A DNA stretch of 57,146 nucleotides, counting the filler, from Bipalium vagum (lineage: Eukaryota): NCBI GenBank assembly GCA_037834085.1. It is 3 parts of 3 records of this genome, joined end to end, with 100 filler letters (N's around TTAATTAATTAA, not from the genome) between each part and the next. Parts side by side here need not be neighbours in the genome. Positions count along the whole stretch, not along the records: positions 1 to 20,027 come from JBBMKC010262171.1; positions 20,128 to 39,268 come from JBBMKC010009114.1; 1 more part is not named here. One strand, 5' to 3'. A program made the translations under genes and the position numbers. Below are positions 11,201-22,459 of this stretch, in pieces; within the stretch, counting starts at the first letter, position 1; each line of letters begins with the position of its first letter. The notes beneath the pieces were generated by a model, which ran no database searches, was not told the DNA's origin, and saw only the letters and a list, made by a program, of their open reading frames with translations.

Positions 11201-14200
11201 ACTAAAGTAAACATTGTGTTACCCATGTTTATTAATAATATTCTTTTATTTTGTAATTTTTCAATTAAATTAATATAATAAAGTTTGTTGTTATCATTTT
11301 CTATAGGTTCAATTGTCTACCTTTGAGATTGGAAAACGTGTTGCAAATATGTAGGTGTTGTTGTCATCTGCAAAGGTACAGGTTAATGTAATTGTACAGG
11401 TTAAAATGTAAAAATGAAAATTAACAAAGGTGTTTCAAATATAACGTATATAAGGTAAGGCTAAAAGTGCTTAGAATATACTTCGATAAAATTTCGCACG
11501 TAAAATAATAATCATATATATAAGTATGAAATATACGATTGGTTTAAATATTCTAATTCTTTCTTGTACTAAATTAGAATAATTAAGCAAATGTTCGAAA
11601 ATGTGGAATTTCATAGTCTAATTCATTTTTACTGCTCAAGAGATCTGGCAAGAAGGAAATTAATAATTATCAGCCTCAAGAGAAGAATAAGTCTCATCTC
11701 AGTCGACTATTTATAAATGGATTTGATAATTTTTATGTCATGGAAAGCGTTACCAATGGACCCAAAAGTGGAAAATTTTTCGAAATTAGCGAAGGAATTA
11801 CTAAAAATTTAAATATATTGTGAAAATGAACTAGAAATTACTGAAACAACTATCTGAGAGGCTAAATGTTTGTAAAAGAAACGTCCACGCGTGTCTAGAG
11901 AAAATGAGAATTCGAAATCTATGTAGTAGGTTCGTGCAAAGATTTTCCAAAATTGATACGATGACTAGATCAAAATGACCTATGAAACGAACCAATCTTT
12001 TATCGAATATAATAACTACACTCGAGACGTAATTGAATCTCTATCTTCTTTACTCTAAAAGAGATTCAAAGAAATGGGTTTTAAAAATGAAAAGCCAGAA
12101 GTGTAAATGTGCCATTTTGGACATCTTTAAGGATAGAAATGGCATCTTGCAAATAAAATTTACTGAATAAATTTTAAACTCGAATTACTACATCAATCTC
12201 ACACTTAAAACCCGAAGCATTTGATGCAGCCAGGAACTTTTATGGTTTATGATAACGCTCCTATTCATGAATTGAAAAAAGTGTGTGTTTGTACAGCTAG
12301 ATAATTCTCAATACAGTCCAAATTTTGCACCAATTGATATTTTGTTGTTCAATAATCTGAAGATCAATATTTCTTTGAAATAGGATTCATTATTTCTGGT
12401 AAAGTTGAAGTACTTTTTAGCCTTAATACGTATATAAATTTATATTTTTATACACTTAGGTTAAGGAAACCAAGCCTGCAAGAAACAAGAAAGTCTTTTA
12501 AATAAGATTATGACAGACAAATTAAAAAATACAAATAATATTCAGTATTAATTAGTTCTATTAACCCATTCTTTAAATTCATAATGCCTTTATTATTTTT
12601 ATCAATTATTATTTCCTCTCGATTTGAGAATATGATTAATGTTACGAACAAAACCGAAAGTCTGCTGCTTTGAAGACTCAAAACTGATTAGTGAAATTAT
12701 TAACAATTTTCATTAATATTATTGCTTTGAACTCAATTTTTATATTAACTAAATATTAAACATGGAATAAGTGATGTCTTACTAAATATTATAATATAAT
12801 CATCCTATTTATGAAGATGATAAAAATGATGTCAGGATCGATAAATGTATCAACATAGAATTATAAATAAAATTTTTTTAAAAACATTTTATTTAAAATT
12901 CTATCTTAATACATTTGTTAATCTTTTCATTCAGATTTTCTTCAGCCAATTATATATTCTTCTCCATTATCTTCAAATGATATCATTATCATGATTTTAT
13001 AAAATCATCTTCATTATTATTGGACAAAAGTAAAAATAATTTTTTTAGATAATACCTTTAAGCCTTCTTTATTTATTGTCTTCATATTTTCCTTTTCAAA
13101 TTTCTAAATCCATTTGAATATGGAATCTTAATACTTTTCTTATATCCAATTTTTTGTTTTTCTTTCTTTATATTGGATTCTTGGTTATTCATTAATTTAT
13201 CCACAGTAACTTCTATCATCTTTTCGATTTTCCAATCTGAATACGCATTATTTTTAACCTTCTTTTAAGTATATTCAATTTGATGTCGATCTGCTTATAG
13301 TCCAATGTTTGGGACCAAACTCGGTGTTTTAATCCTTTCATTAGACCATTTTTATATTATTTCTCGCAGCAGCTGTTATTTATAATTAATATCCATTTTT
13401 TGTAAACTGATTTTTTCAATCTATTACTTTGTTTATCATTTATAACTAGTACGCCTAGGAATGGTAATTTTTTTTCGATAGAGAATTTTATGTTAGGATG
13501 GAGATTGTTCATTTATCCTGGGAATGAATCAATTTTTTTCTTTTTGAATATTAGCATTAGATCATCAACATACCATTTATACGAGTGATTTATTTCTATT
13601 GGAGTCATTTATTTTCTTTTCTAATCTATCCATAAATAAAGACGCCAGTATTGATCCTAAAGATGATTTAATATCAACTCTGTCTCTTTTCGTGTACCAT
13701 TCGCCATTGAATAAAAATGAATTATCTTTTGTAGTAAATTCCAATAATTGTCTCATGCTAAATTCGTCCATAAGGTCTTGATAACCTCTATCCTTCAAAG
13801 AGAAACACCTAAATCAATTGTTTCCGAAACAGGAACATATTGTCTTTTTCAGAAGTTTTCTCATAATTTATAAAATTATGAAATTTTTATAAAATTACAA
13901 AATTCAGACATCTTTTACTTTATATTTGATTTCTAATAATGGTCTTATCAATAAGTTTTGCTATTTTATTTTGAGCACAATGTCATCGAGAGAACTGGTC
14001 TTACTGGTTGATTATCTTTGTGTATACTTATATTTTCCATGAAAAATATGGCTTAAGAATTATTATTGCATAAGTTCCAACTCCGTTTACTGCGGCTGAA
14101 TATTTTGAGAGACAAAGAGATGTTACTATCAAAAGCGCGCATATGAATGGTTCAACAAAAATTGAAGTAATGATTTTAACCAAGAGGATAAGCCATTTAT

Positions 14201-17200
14201 GAAATCAGTCAAATGGGCCATTGAATATTTACAGTCAACTTCTGCACAATTCTCGCGTTATTCGTTTCATAAAAGGAATCTTGACTTGTCACCAAAAGTT
14301 GATTTAGAACACTGGATTCAGGAAAACTAATCTACAAAATAAGTCCAAGAGAGAGATCACTTCATTAAAATGTAATGTTATGTGCTTAGTGTAATTATGA
14401 AGTGCTAATTTATTTTGAGGTAATTCCTGAAGGTTTTGTTATTATGTCACTGTATTATTGCTAAAAGCAATAAAATGTACGAGGTTATGTATCAACAATA
14501 TCCAGCATTAAGAAATCAAAATAGAACCATTCTTCAATAAGATAATGATAAGTCGTACACAATTAGCTTGTAGCTAAAACAAAAATTAACAGTCTAGATC
14601 CAACCACATTCAGCATATAGTCCAGATCTAGTGCATCAGATCTCACAAATTTCGACCAATGCTTATGTTCTAGAAAGGAAGGGAATTCCTAGATCTCAAC
14701 AATATTGAAATAACATATCGTGAATTGCTTGCATCCAAAGATACGGCATAGTATCAAATTATTTTCTTACGACTTGCTATAGATGACCGAAGACGACTGA
14801 TCATGAAGAATTGTGTTTCTATGAATAAAATTCTTTCTAATTTTTGTATTCAGTAACAATATTATATTAATAATTCCGGAAACTTATGGGTCACCCTAAT
14901 ATTTAATTATTTATGCATTTTAAAAGACATGGAACATATACACGTTGATAAATGGATTCATCATAAATTAAGTAAAAATAAGCTAAATTTAATGGAGTTG
15001 GTACTTTTCTTATAAAATAGGTCACAGCGAAACTATATTTGTGAAAGTGAAATAAATGTGAATATAAAAATAAAAATCCCAATCACTTTATTAATCCAAG
15101 TAATCTTCATTAAATTTAAAATCGTGAAGAAAAGTTTTCGGTTTATTACCTTTAATTTCCCACGTTAACATGAAATGAACATTTTCTGAAACTAATATTT
15201 AATAAAAAAGATTCCTAATTTTTAAAGTAGAATTAATCCAATTCTTTGGATCGTTACTTACGTGGATTATTAGAATAGACAATGTCTAAGTATTATCGTG
15301 TGTTCATATAGTCTGAAAAACTTGACTTTGATGGTAGACATGTTTTTAATTTTATAGTACAAATAATAATATTCAAAGGGAATATCTTATTAAAACGGGG
15401 AAAAAATTATATGAGGGGTTCAAATAATTTGCCATTTTTGATATGTTCTAATCTTGTGCATAAATAATGAAACAGTAACTAAAAAAACTTCATTTGTCAG
15501 GCTGGCAAACAAACGGATTATTTCATCTCTCAACATAGCTAGAGATGGTGGTTTTTAAAGGAATCACCAAAAAGTTTACTCGTCAAACAATTTTAAAACC
15601 AATAACCTCTGTGACTCTTCTGAACTTCCAGGTAGTCAGACAATATCAAATCCTAGACAAATTACACATCCTGCTTAGGAAATTTTGGAGCAACAGACGT
15701 TTCATCTTGATGAAGATTGTTCTTCTAAAATCACCTTTTTAAATTCAGGGATAACCTGATTTGTAGCATTTCTTTATAATGGATTGCATTGACTGTTCCT
15801 CAAAGAAGAATGAATTAAGGTCAAATTTGCAATCGAAATCTATACACACAATTAATTGCAGTGAATATAAAGAGTTTACACAGTATGTGGACTGGATATA
15901 GACCAAATTCGATAATTATGACGATGAATATGGATATCAAGGGAAATATTGTATTCATCTCACTATAAAATGTCACAGGTTGAATCTTGTTCCATCAATC
16001 AAATTGCAAACTAAAGGAGCTTAACTTTATCACCATCATGCAAAGTTTGATGTAAACTAATTTTAACTAAAGTTCTTTATCAAAATGTTGTGTACAGATG
16101 AACTTTTCATATTGCTATTTCTCAAAGTTTAACAAATAAAAGTTAAGTCCGAAAAATTCTCAAGGGTATTAACATTTTTATTTATTCAATATCAGGCCGT
16201 CCCATTTGACTTTTACGTCTTTAAGACTTTCAGTATGCAAGAAATTGTTTATTAATTTGTGCACTGTTGATGCATTAACGTAGATGTTTTACTAATTTAT
16301 GAAGCCTATTGTATTCTCTTATACATCCCGTATCACTTTCCCTCGAAAAATGTAGCATTCCAAAATTTTTACTTTTATTTTCATATCCATATCTAAAATA
16401 AAATAAATACTTTCTAAAAAAATTAACTTAGCACACATCAGATTAAAAGATAAAAACACTAATGAGAGTTAAATTACAAAAAATATAAATCAATATTTTC
16501 CAGGCTTTATGGACACACTGTTTTTGTTATAATTTTAACAAAAGACAATAATTACTCTCAAATTATCGAAAAATTTGTTATATTGTTTACTATCATAAAT
16601 ATTTTTTATAAAAAGTGGATTAGAAGTAATGATTTTTTCACTTTTGAGTTTTACTTATCAAAACTTGATAAATCAAAAAATTATGATCAAAGCTTTTCAA
16701 CATATTTTTCAGAAGACAATTTTATTTATCTCAGCAACATAGAAATACAAAAAGAGTCCAGGAATGAGAGAAATAAATACCATGTCAAAGCGCTTCTTTT
16801 GAACGACTTTGAAAAAATCAATTCGTTAGTTCAAAGGGTTGAGGATTTAGTGAACATTGTAGTCTCGTGGGGAAGTTTGTAACAGAACAAAACCTTCGTT
16901 ATTTCAGAAAAATACTTAATTTAAGAAAAGTAATCCTCAAGTGAAAATAAATCCCTCAAAATTTCATTTAAAATTTTAAAAATTTCGTCATTATTTTCCT
17001 TATCAAATCTCTCTATTCTGATCAATCTCAACAATTCTCGTACGACATAAAAGCCCAAAAGTTTTAAGTATCCTTTAAAAAAATTGATAATAAAAAATGA
17101 AAAAATTCGCTTGAGACGAAGTCAGTCAATCAAGACAACACTCTCACGTTATTTCTAGCGAAGTGATACCGAAAAATTGCTTCAAAATTTTCTTATAATC

Positions 17201-17569
17201 CCAGTTGAACCACTTGAAGCCAATTTTTCACTTTATCTATACATAACAGTTTCATTTTTTCTTGACGCCATAGAAATGAGAAGCTTCCGTATTCAGTGAC
17301 AAAAACAAAAGAAATTATTTCTAATATAAAATTTAATTAATCAATTAATTACTACCTGATTTAAATGATTGAGAATACTGATAGAAATTCTAAAACAACT
17401 AATAAGGAATCTTGTCGAGTTGATATCGGCGATAAGCTCGTCAAGCGCTCTGTAGAGTAATTGAGAAATCCTGGGACTTTTTATTCTATTAAAAGCCAAT
17501 TGATTCAAACTTGTTCGTAAAATCTGATTATTATCAACGTCCATTCTTTGGAAAGAACGCTTTGCTCTC
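5238..17569 (-). CDS. gpc: glypican (GPI-anchored heparan-sulfate proteoglycan), multi-exon; 5' exons further upstream
   Basis: Phase-consistent exons 17569-17356, 10596-10422, 10372-10254, 10206-10090, 10044-9929, 9877-9510 and 5374-5238, with GT-AG introns of 49, 47, 45 and 51 nt in the core. Translation includes DCSINIFRMYHCAYCAG..IPCFSVCLEVISQCF...YWKE (glypican C6-C11), QPCIG (C12), LWQDLATSIC...KCWNG (C13-C14), an acidic EGSG GAG site, and the C-terminus NTKIGSKVKLPRNIIIIIILINLSLILKL* (GPI-signal-like). Minus-strand AATAAA at 5185-5190. Confidence 0.88.
5918..6600 (-). mobile_element. internally deleted Tc1-like (DD34E-type) transposon fragment
   Basis: TA|CAGT terminus at 5916-5921. 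ORF pieces FWRKVCFSDES and WLGNSQNLNPIENIWSIMK...IDAKGGHT. The right boundary is approximate. Confidence 0.85.
7765..7988 (-). mobile_element. 224-bp mariner deletion derivative (MITE-like)
   Basis: Imperfect 26-bp TIRs TTAGGTTGTTTGGAAAGTCACTTTGC and GCGAAGTGACTTTCCGAACAACTCAA followed by TA. The interior minus strand encodes the transposase C-terminus GIFKLPGRWQKFLEQKGQYIID*. Confidence 0.85.
8180..8960 (-). mobile_element. degenerate mariner fragment
   Basis: Minus-strand remnants KFFKGDFCMKNETRG..TTDDEILR (HTH/linker) and EVFTLSPYSP (YSPD region). Boundaries approximate. Confidence 0.6.
11591..12380 (+). mobile_element. degenerate mariner-like transposase
   Basis: Remnants STIYKW, YDNAPIH (~12248) and SPNFAPIDILLFNNLK (~12315). 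Confidence 0.6.
12900..14000 (-). mobile_element. Penelope-like retroelement RT fragment (degenerate)
   Basis: Minus-strand motifs in the expected order: VPVSETIDL (~13815), FLFNGEWY...SSLGSILASLFMDRLEKKI (ORF 13577-13798), KWYVDD (~13565), KLPFLGVLVI (~13455). Lies inside the long glypican intron. Boundaries approximate. Confidence 0.75.
14050..14899 (+). mobile_element. degenerate mariner with right TIR
   Basis: PHSAYSPDL at ~14605. Terminus CCGGAAACTTATGGGTCACCCTAA followed by TA at 14899-14901, of the same TIR type as the 28791 element. Confidence 0.75.
15400..16520 (+). mobile_element. highly decayed Tc1-like remnant
   Basis: Weak LCTDE motif at ~16090 and a ...CACACTG-type end at ~16520. 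Confidence 0.3.
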
Positions 17570-17859
17570 CTGATTATTATTATTATTTCAGCAAATTAAA
17601 TTTTCAGTAAAATAAATTAATTAAATCAAATTTTCAGAATTTTTTTAAACAAAAATGAATCACATTTTCTGCAAAAGAATAATTTTATATGGTTGAAGAA
17701 TAAGATGAATTATGGGGAGTTATTGATCACAAAAAAATAATTTATTAATTCTTATGTGTAATATCAAGTCCTTTCTGTTTAATAATTCAGAATAATTTCG
17801 ATTTTTTCATTACTTGATTTAATCATTCTAATTTCTGACAATAGAATATAGAATCAATA

Positions 17860-19065
17860 TATAAATCCTTTCAATTCCCGGAATACGTCCACCATCTTTT
17901 ATGAATTGGTTGTGGAGTTTCATATTTTGTAAACTACAGACTTTTTCTCACATATTTCATCTTTGATGATCACATTTTCAAGAAATGTTTCAAGTTCAGT
18001 TCTTTTCAATAAAGATTCACAAATAGAAATTGTGGTGATTAATTTTTTTCAAATAAATTATGAGGCATTCAAATATCAAATTTTTATCAAATATCAGACT
18101 GTTTTGAAGTGATCGAAGTAGGTGATAATCGGTTGGTGTAAGATCGGGACATCAAAATTTAGTTCCTCTAACATATTTCGGTTGGCTAGATCCATATGTG
18201 ATCTAGCATTGACCTGGTCCAAAACAATATTATTTCTGCTGGCAAATTCAAGACACTTGTGTTCGGTGGCCTGCTTCAATTCTGAATTTATCTGAATTAA
18301 AGATCTTATTATCAGATAAGATCTCATACAAAATTATTCCCTCGCAGTTCCACCAAACAGATAGCATTACCTTCTTCGAGTGTAAACTGGCTTTCACAAG
18401 AGTTGATGGAGGTTCTTTGATCTAAGACCACCACTTCTTGCGCTTAAAATTATTTAACAAAATCCACCTTTCATTCCCTGTAACCATGTCATTTTAAAAT
18501 GAATCTGTATTGTTTATATTCAATAGAGTTTCGCAAGCATTTAAACGATCTTTTCTCGAATAACTCATGAATTATCCATGAAGTTAGGTTGCTGAGCATT
18601 TCAAGTTTGCGCAATTGTCTCGACATTGTTGATTGACCTAATCCAAGAGTGTCAGTAATAATTCGTACTGTTAGATACCGATCACTTTCGATTAGCCTTA
18701 ATAAATCCATGTCAGAAGTGCCAAGCTGTGTCCCATAACGTGGGCATCGGAATTTTTTTGTTTAAAATATAGTAACCAGTTTTGCCTCGTGAAAATATTA
18801 ACAGAATCTTCGTCGTATACATCATATATCTTCTTTGTCCTTTAGGAAACATTTATTTCCAAAATGTACTTTATCTTCAGTCATTTATTTGTTTGTAATT
18901 TTTAAAAAACGCGTTTTTTCAGGCAAATGATTATTACAATTGATTTAAATAAACAACAGCAGCAGTTAATATAAAAGATTATTTATTTAAGGGAAATTTA
19001 TATCATAAGTTAGTGTAAATAATAAAATAAAATAAGAAACATAATAAATTTATGCACCAACCCAA
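17860..19065 (-). mobile_element. mariner remnants (mellifera-type TIR), two juxtaposed fragments
   Basis: TIR read on the minus strand TTGGGTTGGTGCATAAA at 19065, with TA outside it. Peptides LIESDRYLTVR...SWIIHEL and RNNIVLDQVNARSH. A second fragment ISICESLLKRTE.ETFLENVIIKDE at ~17960-18035. Confidence 0.8.
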
Positions 19066-20027
19066 TATTTCACAATACTCGAATATTATTTTAAAAATAA
19101 TGCCATAAATATTCCCAATTAGTAGTACATATACATTTAAGGAAGTGTGTACAGTTGTTTAACATCGGGATTATATTTAAATACTCATGTTGAGCAGGCA
19201 TCGAACCCTTTGATTACCAATTTGGTTTGATCAAAACAGTACGAGGTTTCTGAACCCCTATTCAAAATTCAAGAACTTAAAATACAAGTAAATTATTGGA
19301 AAATTTTCAGAGTAAAATTTTTATTTTTGAATCAATTTGTTACCTGAATAAATAAAAAAATAATATATTATATCGTGGACTCATTTCAGTAGAATATTTA
19401 TTTAATCAAATGAACATTACTTATTTTTCATTTTCGCCTGCTGCTTAAAATGAAATAATAATAATAATATATAATATATAATAATTAAGTAACTTAATGA
19501 TATAAATGAAATTAAAGTAAACAAAAAACTATACTATCTTCCACTATTAACTGATATTTATGTACACCCCTGTGTACTTGATTCAAAAAAGTATTATGCA
19601 TCAACTGGTTATCATGTATGGAATCTTGTAGCCCAAAATAAGTGGAATACATTTGAAAATTTTGTAAGTAGAAATATTTAAAAGACATTTTTTCAAAAAA
19701 GTTAATAAACTAAAACCTTTTTAGTAATATTTTTTAAAGTACATCTTGAAGGTCAGCAGATTTTCTAAAGTATTTATTTTAAAATTATAATCAAGCAGAA
19801 ATAAATAATACAAATAGTGTATAATTTCAAAGTATAAATGAATAATTCAAATTATAATAAAAATATTACTACTAATAATAATAATATTAATAAATAATAA
19901 TAATATATTTATTTAAAAATTATAATATAAATAATAAATAATAATAATAAAATTTTCAAAGGGATTCAAAGCTTTCAAAAACATACTAGAAAAAGCTGTT
20001 GGACATGAGAATTTAAAAGTGATATCA

Positions 20028-20127
20028 NNNNNNNNNNNNNNNNNNNNNNNNNNNNNNNNNNNNNNNNNNNNTTAATTAATTAANNNNNNNNNNNNNNNNN
20101 NNNNNNNNNNNNNNNNNNNNNNNNNNN
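20028..20127. other. 100-nt scaffold gap with artificial TTAATTAATTAA linker (20072-20083)
   Basis: 44 N, a 12-nt six-frame-stop linker, then 44 N. Identical construct at 39269-39368. Confidence 0.95.
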
Positions 20128-20400
20128 CCTGACTTGGCTCCCTCAGATTTTTTTTGTTCCCCGAATTGAAAAAAAATATCAAGGGCATTCGTTGGGAAAC
20201 AATACTGGAAATCAAAAGAGCTGTTTTGGATTGGTTCAAAACAAATGATAAAATTTTTTATAGAAATGGTTTAGAACGCTGGCGACACCGTATGAAAAAG
20301 TGTTATGAGTTAGATGGTTCAAATGTAGAAAAATTAATTTTTATTATGTACTTTGTTTTGATTTGTATGATTATTCCGGGAACTTTTTGATTCACCCTCG
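20128..20400 (+). mobile_element. 3' end of an irritans-type mariner, truncated by the gap
   Basis: Open frame PDLAPSDFFLFPELKKNIKG...RWRHRMKKCYELDGSNVEK. TIR ...GAACTTTTTGATTCACCCTCG followed by TA. Confidence 0.9.
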
Positions 20401-22459
20401 TATGATTTACTTTTTAGGAGATTTTTAAAGAAATCAATACTAATTTTCGTAATAAAAAACCAATTTCATTTATTAAACAAGTACCTGTTTATAAGAACTA
20501 AGCCTAAAAAGTTTACCACTGATCAACCTTTTCTTAGACTAACTAACTATTATAACTAAAACTTGTTGCCATTGTTTCAAATCTAACAATTTTTTTGAAA
20601 TTTACTTATGGTTCACAAAATCAAGTTTAAGAATTAAGTTAATAATAATAAAAATATATTGTAAAATTTTCGTAAAAATTATAAAAATTTTATTTCTCTA
20701 TCAAAAACATAAAATGAAAGTAAAATATAGATCAGGGACTTAATTAATTTTAAACTATATTGATTTTTGATATAACGATTCTTCTAAATATTAATATTTC
20801 TAATAATAATTCTTATAGAATATTTTAATGAATTTTCAATTTGATCATTAAAATCAAATGATTATTAAAACATTTTCAACATCTGGAAAGTATATATAGA
20901 TTTCTATCAATTATGTAATTGCATCTACCTGTTGAATGGTATGTAGTATGATAAATTATTAATTTCTATTAAATAAGACCGATGGATTCAACAAAAGTAC
21001 AGTTGTATTTATTTACATATTTATATTTCACTACATATATATCAGTGATTTTCCTTTTCTGAGAATCGACATGTTTTATTAGTATCAAATTAAAAAAATC
21101 TGATGGTCAATATGGTTTTATATGCAATGAATATCATTAATTTCATTACTTTTACTTTTTTTCTTTTTTTAGGATACCCTTCTATTTTTTTAATTTTTAT
21201 TAAGCAATACTTATTTAATAATTTATAATTATTTTTATTGTATACCTCATTATTCGAGCTGAATAAAAATATTGAAAAATGAATGTGGTATGTAAACCAT
21301 GATCAAATTTTCCGAGTTTTACATAAATTTTTTTCTTAACTTCATTGAGAAATACTATTAAAATTATTATTTATAAAACACTTGCTATTTAAAATAAAAA
21401 TATTAAATTATAAATTTGTCATTAAAAGTAATACTTAATTAGCAATAAAAATCACAAAGAGAAAATTATTTGTCAGTGTTAACTAATAAAACAAGTATCC
21501 ACTTCAATTCATGTCGAAAATCGGAATGAAATATTAATTTTCTTACTTTTTCGATATGTAAAGTGTGTCTAGACAAAATTCTTATTCAGGATTTGTTTCA
21601 TATTCTTATCTTTCTCATATTCCATAGTAGATGAAATAAATGTAAATTAATTGTAACGTCCTACCATTAGAACGATATTGTACGAAATGTATAAATATTA
21701 ATGTCAAGACATTACAACAGCTGACAGCTTATCTTCATGTTAATCAAATAGCATGAATCAACGGTTTCAACTTGCATTTATTACACATTACAAGATAGTG
21801 TACATAATATTGATGGACAATAACTACAAATAAGCGCGCACCAACAATACTTATATTCTTCAGGGTGATATTTAACATTGGGGTTCCGTGTTTCACAATT
21901 TTTAGAATATTATTTATTATTTAATTAATATTTAATTATTGTCTTGCCAGTTGGCTGTAAGGTAAACTGAATACAAGTAGTAAATCAATTTTGGATTTTT
22001 TTATTTCAGAAAATATTGATCTCTCTCAAGATTAAGACGAAATAATGATGCCTCAAACATAATTTGAGTATAAATAATAACATTGAGATAATGTTCAGTA
22101 TTTGGTTCGATCCAGCGCTACCATTATCAGCTAACTTTACAAAGAGATTCAATTATTGAGTTTTATTGAAAGAAAAAACAACTTTTTTGCTTTCTTTTTA
22201 TACTTTAAATATTCATTAATAAAATGATTTTAAGCAATAAATTAATAATGAAAAGAACTGGTGACCTAAATTAATAATACATATCTATTTCTATCAATTG
22301 ATATCGAAAAGATGCCTGTAACAGTTCACTGATAAAATACATCGTCGTTTGTCATCTAATATTTGAAGTCACCTATTTCCAATCATCTACATTTACCAGT
22401 AGTAATTTGTTCTGGGTGATTATTCACTTATCCCTGTAATTGACTGTCGTCTTATTTAC

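Noticed and set aside
19190-19230. Minus-strand GGTTCGATGCC B-box-like motif
   Set aside because: No A-box or cloverleaf; cannot support a tRNA or SINE.
20072-20083. Palindromic TTAATTAATTAA between N runs (also 39313-39324)
   Set aside because: Symmetric 44N+12+44N construct with stops in all six frames: a scaffolding linker, not biology.
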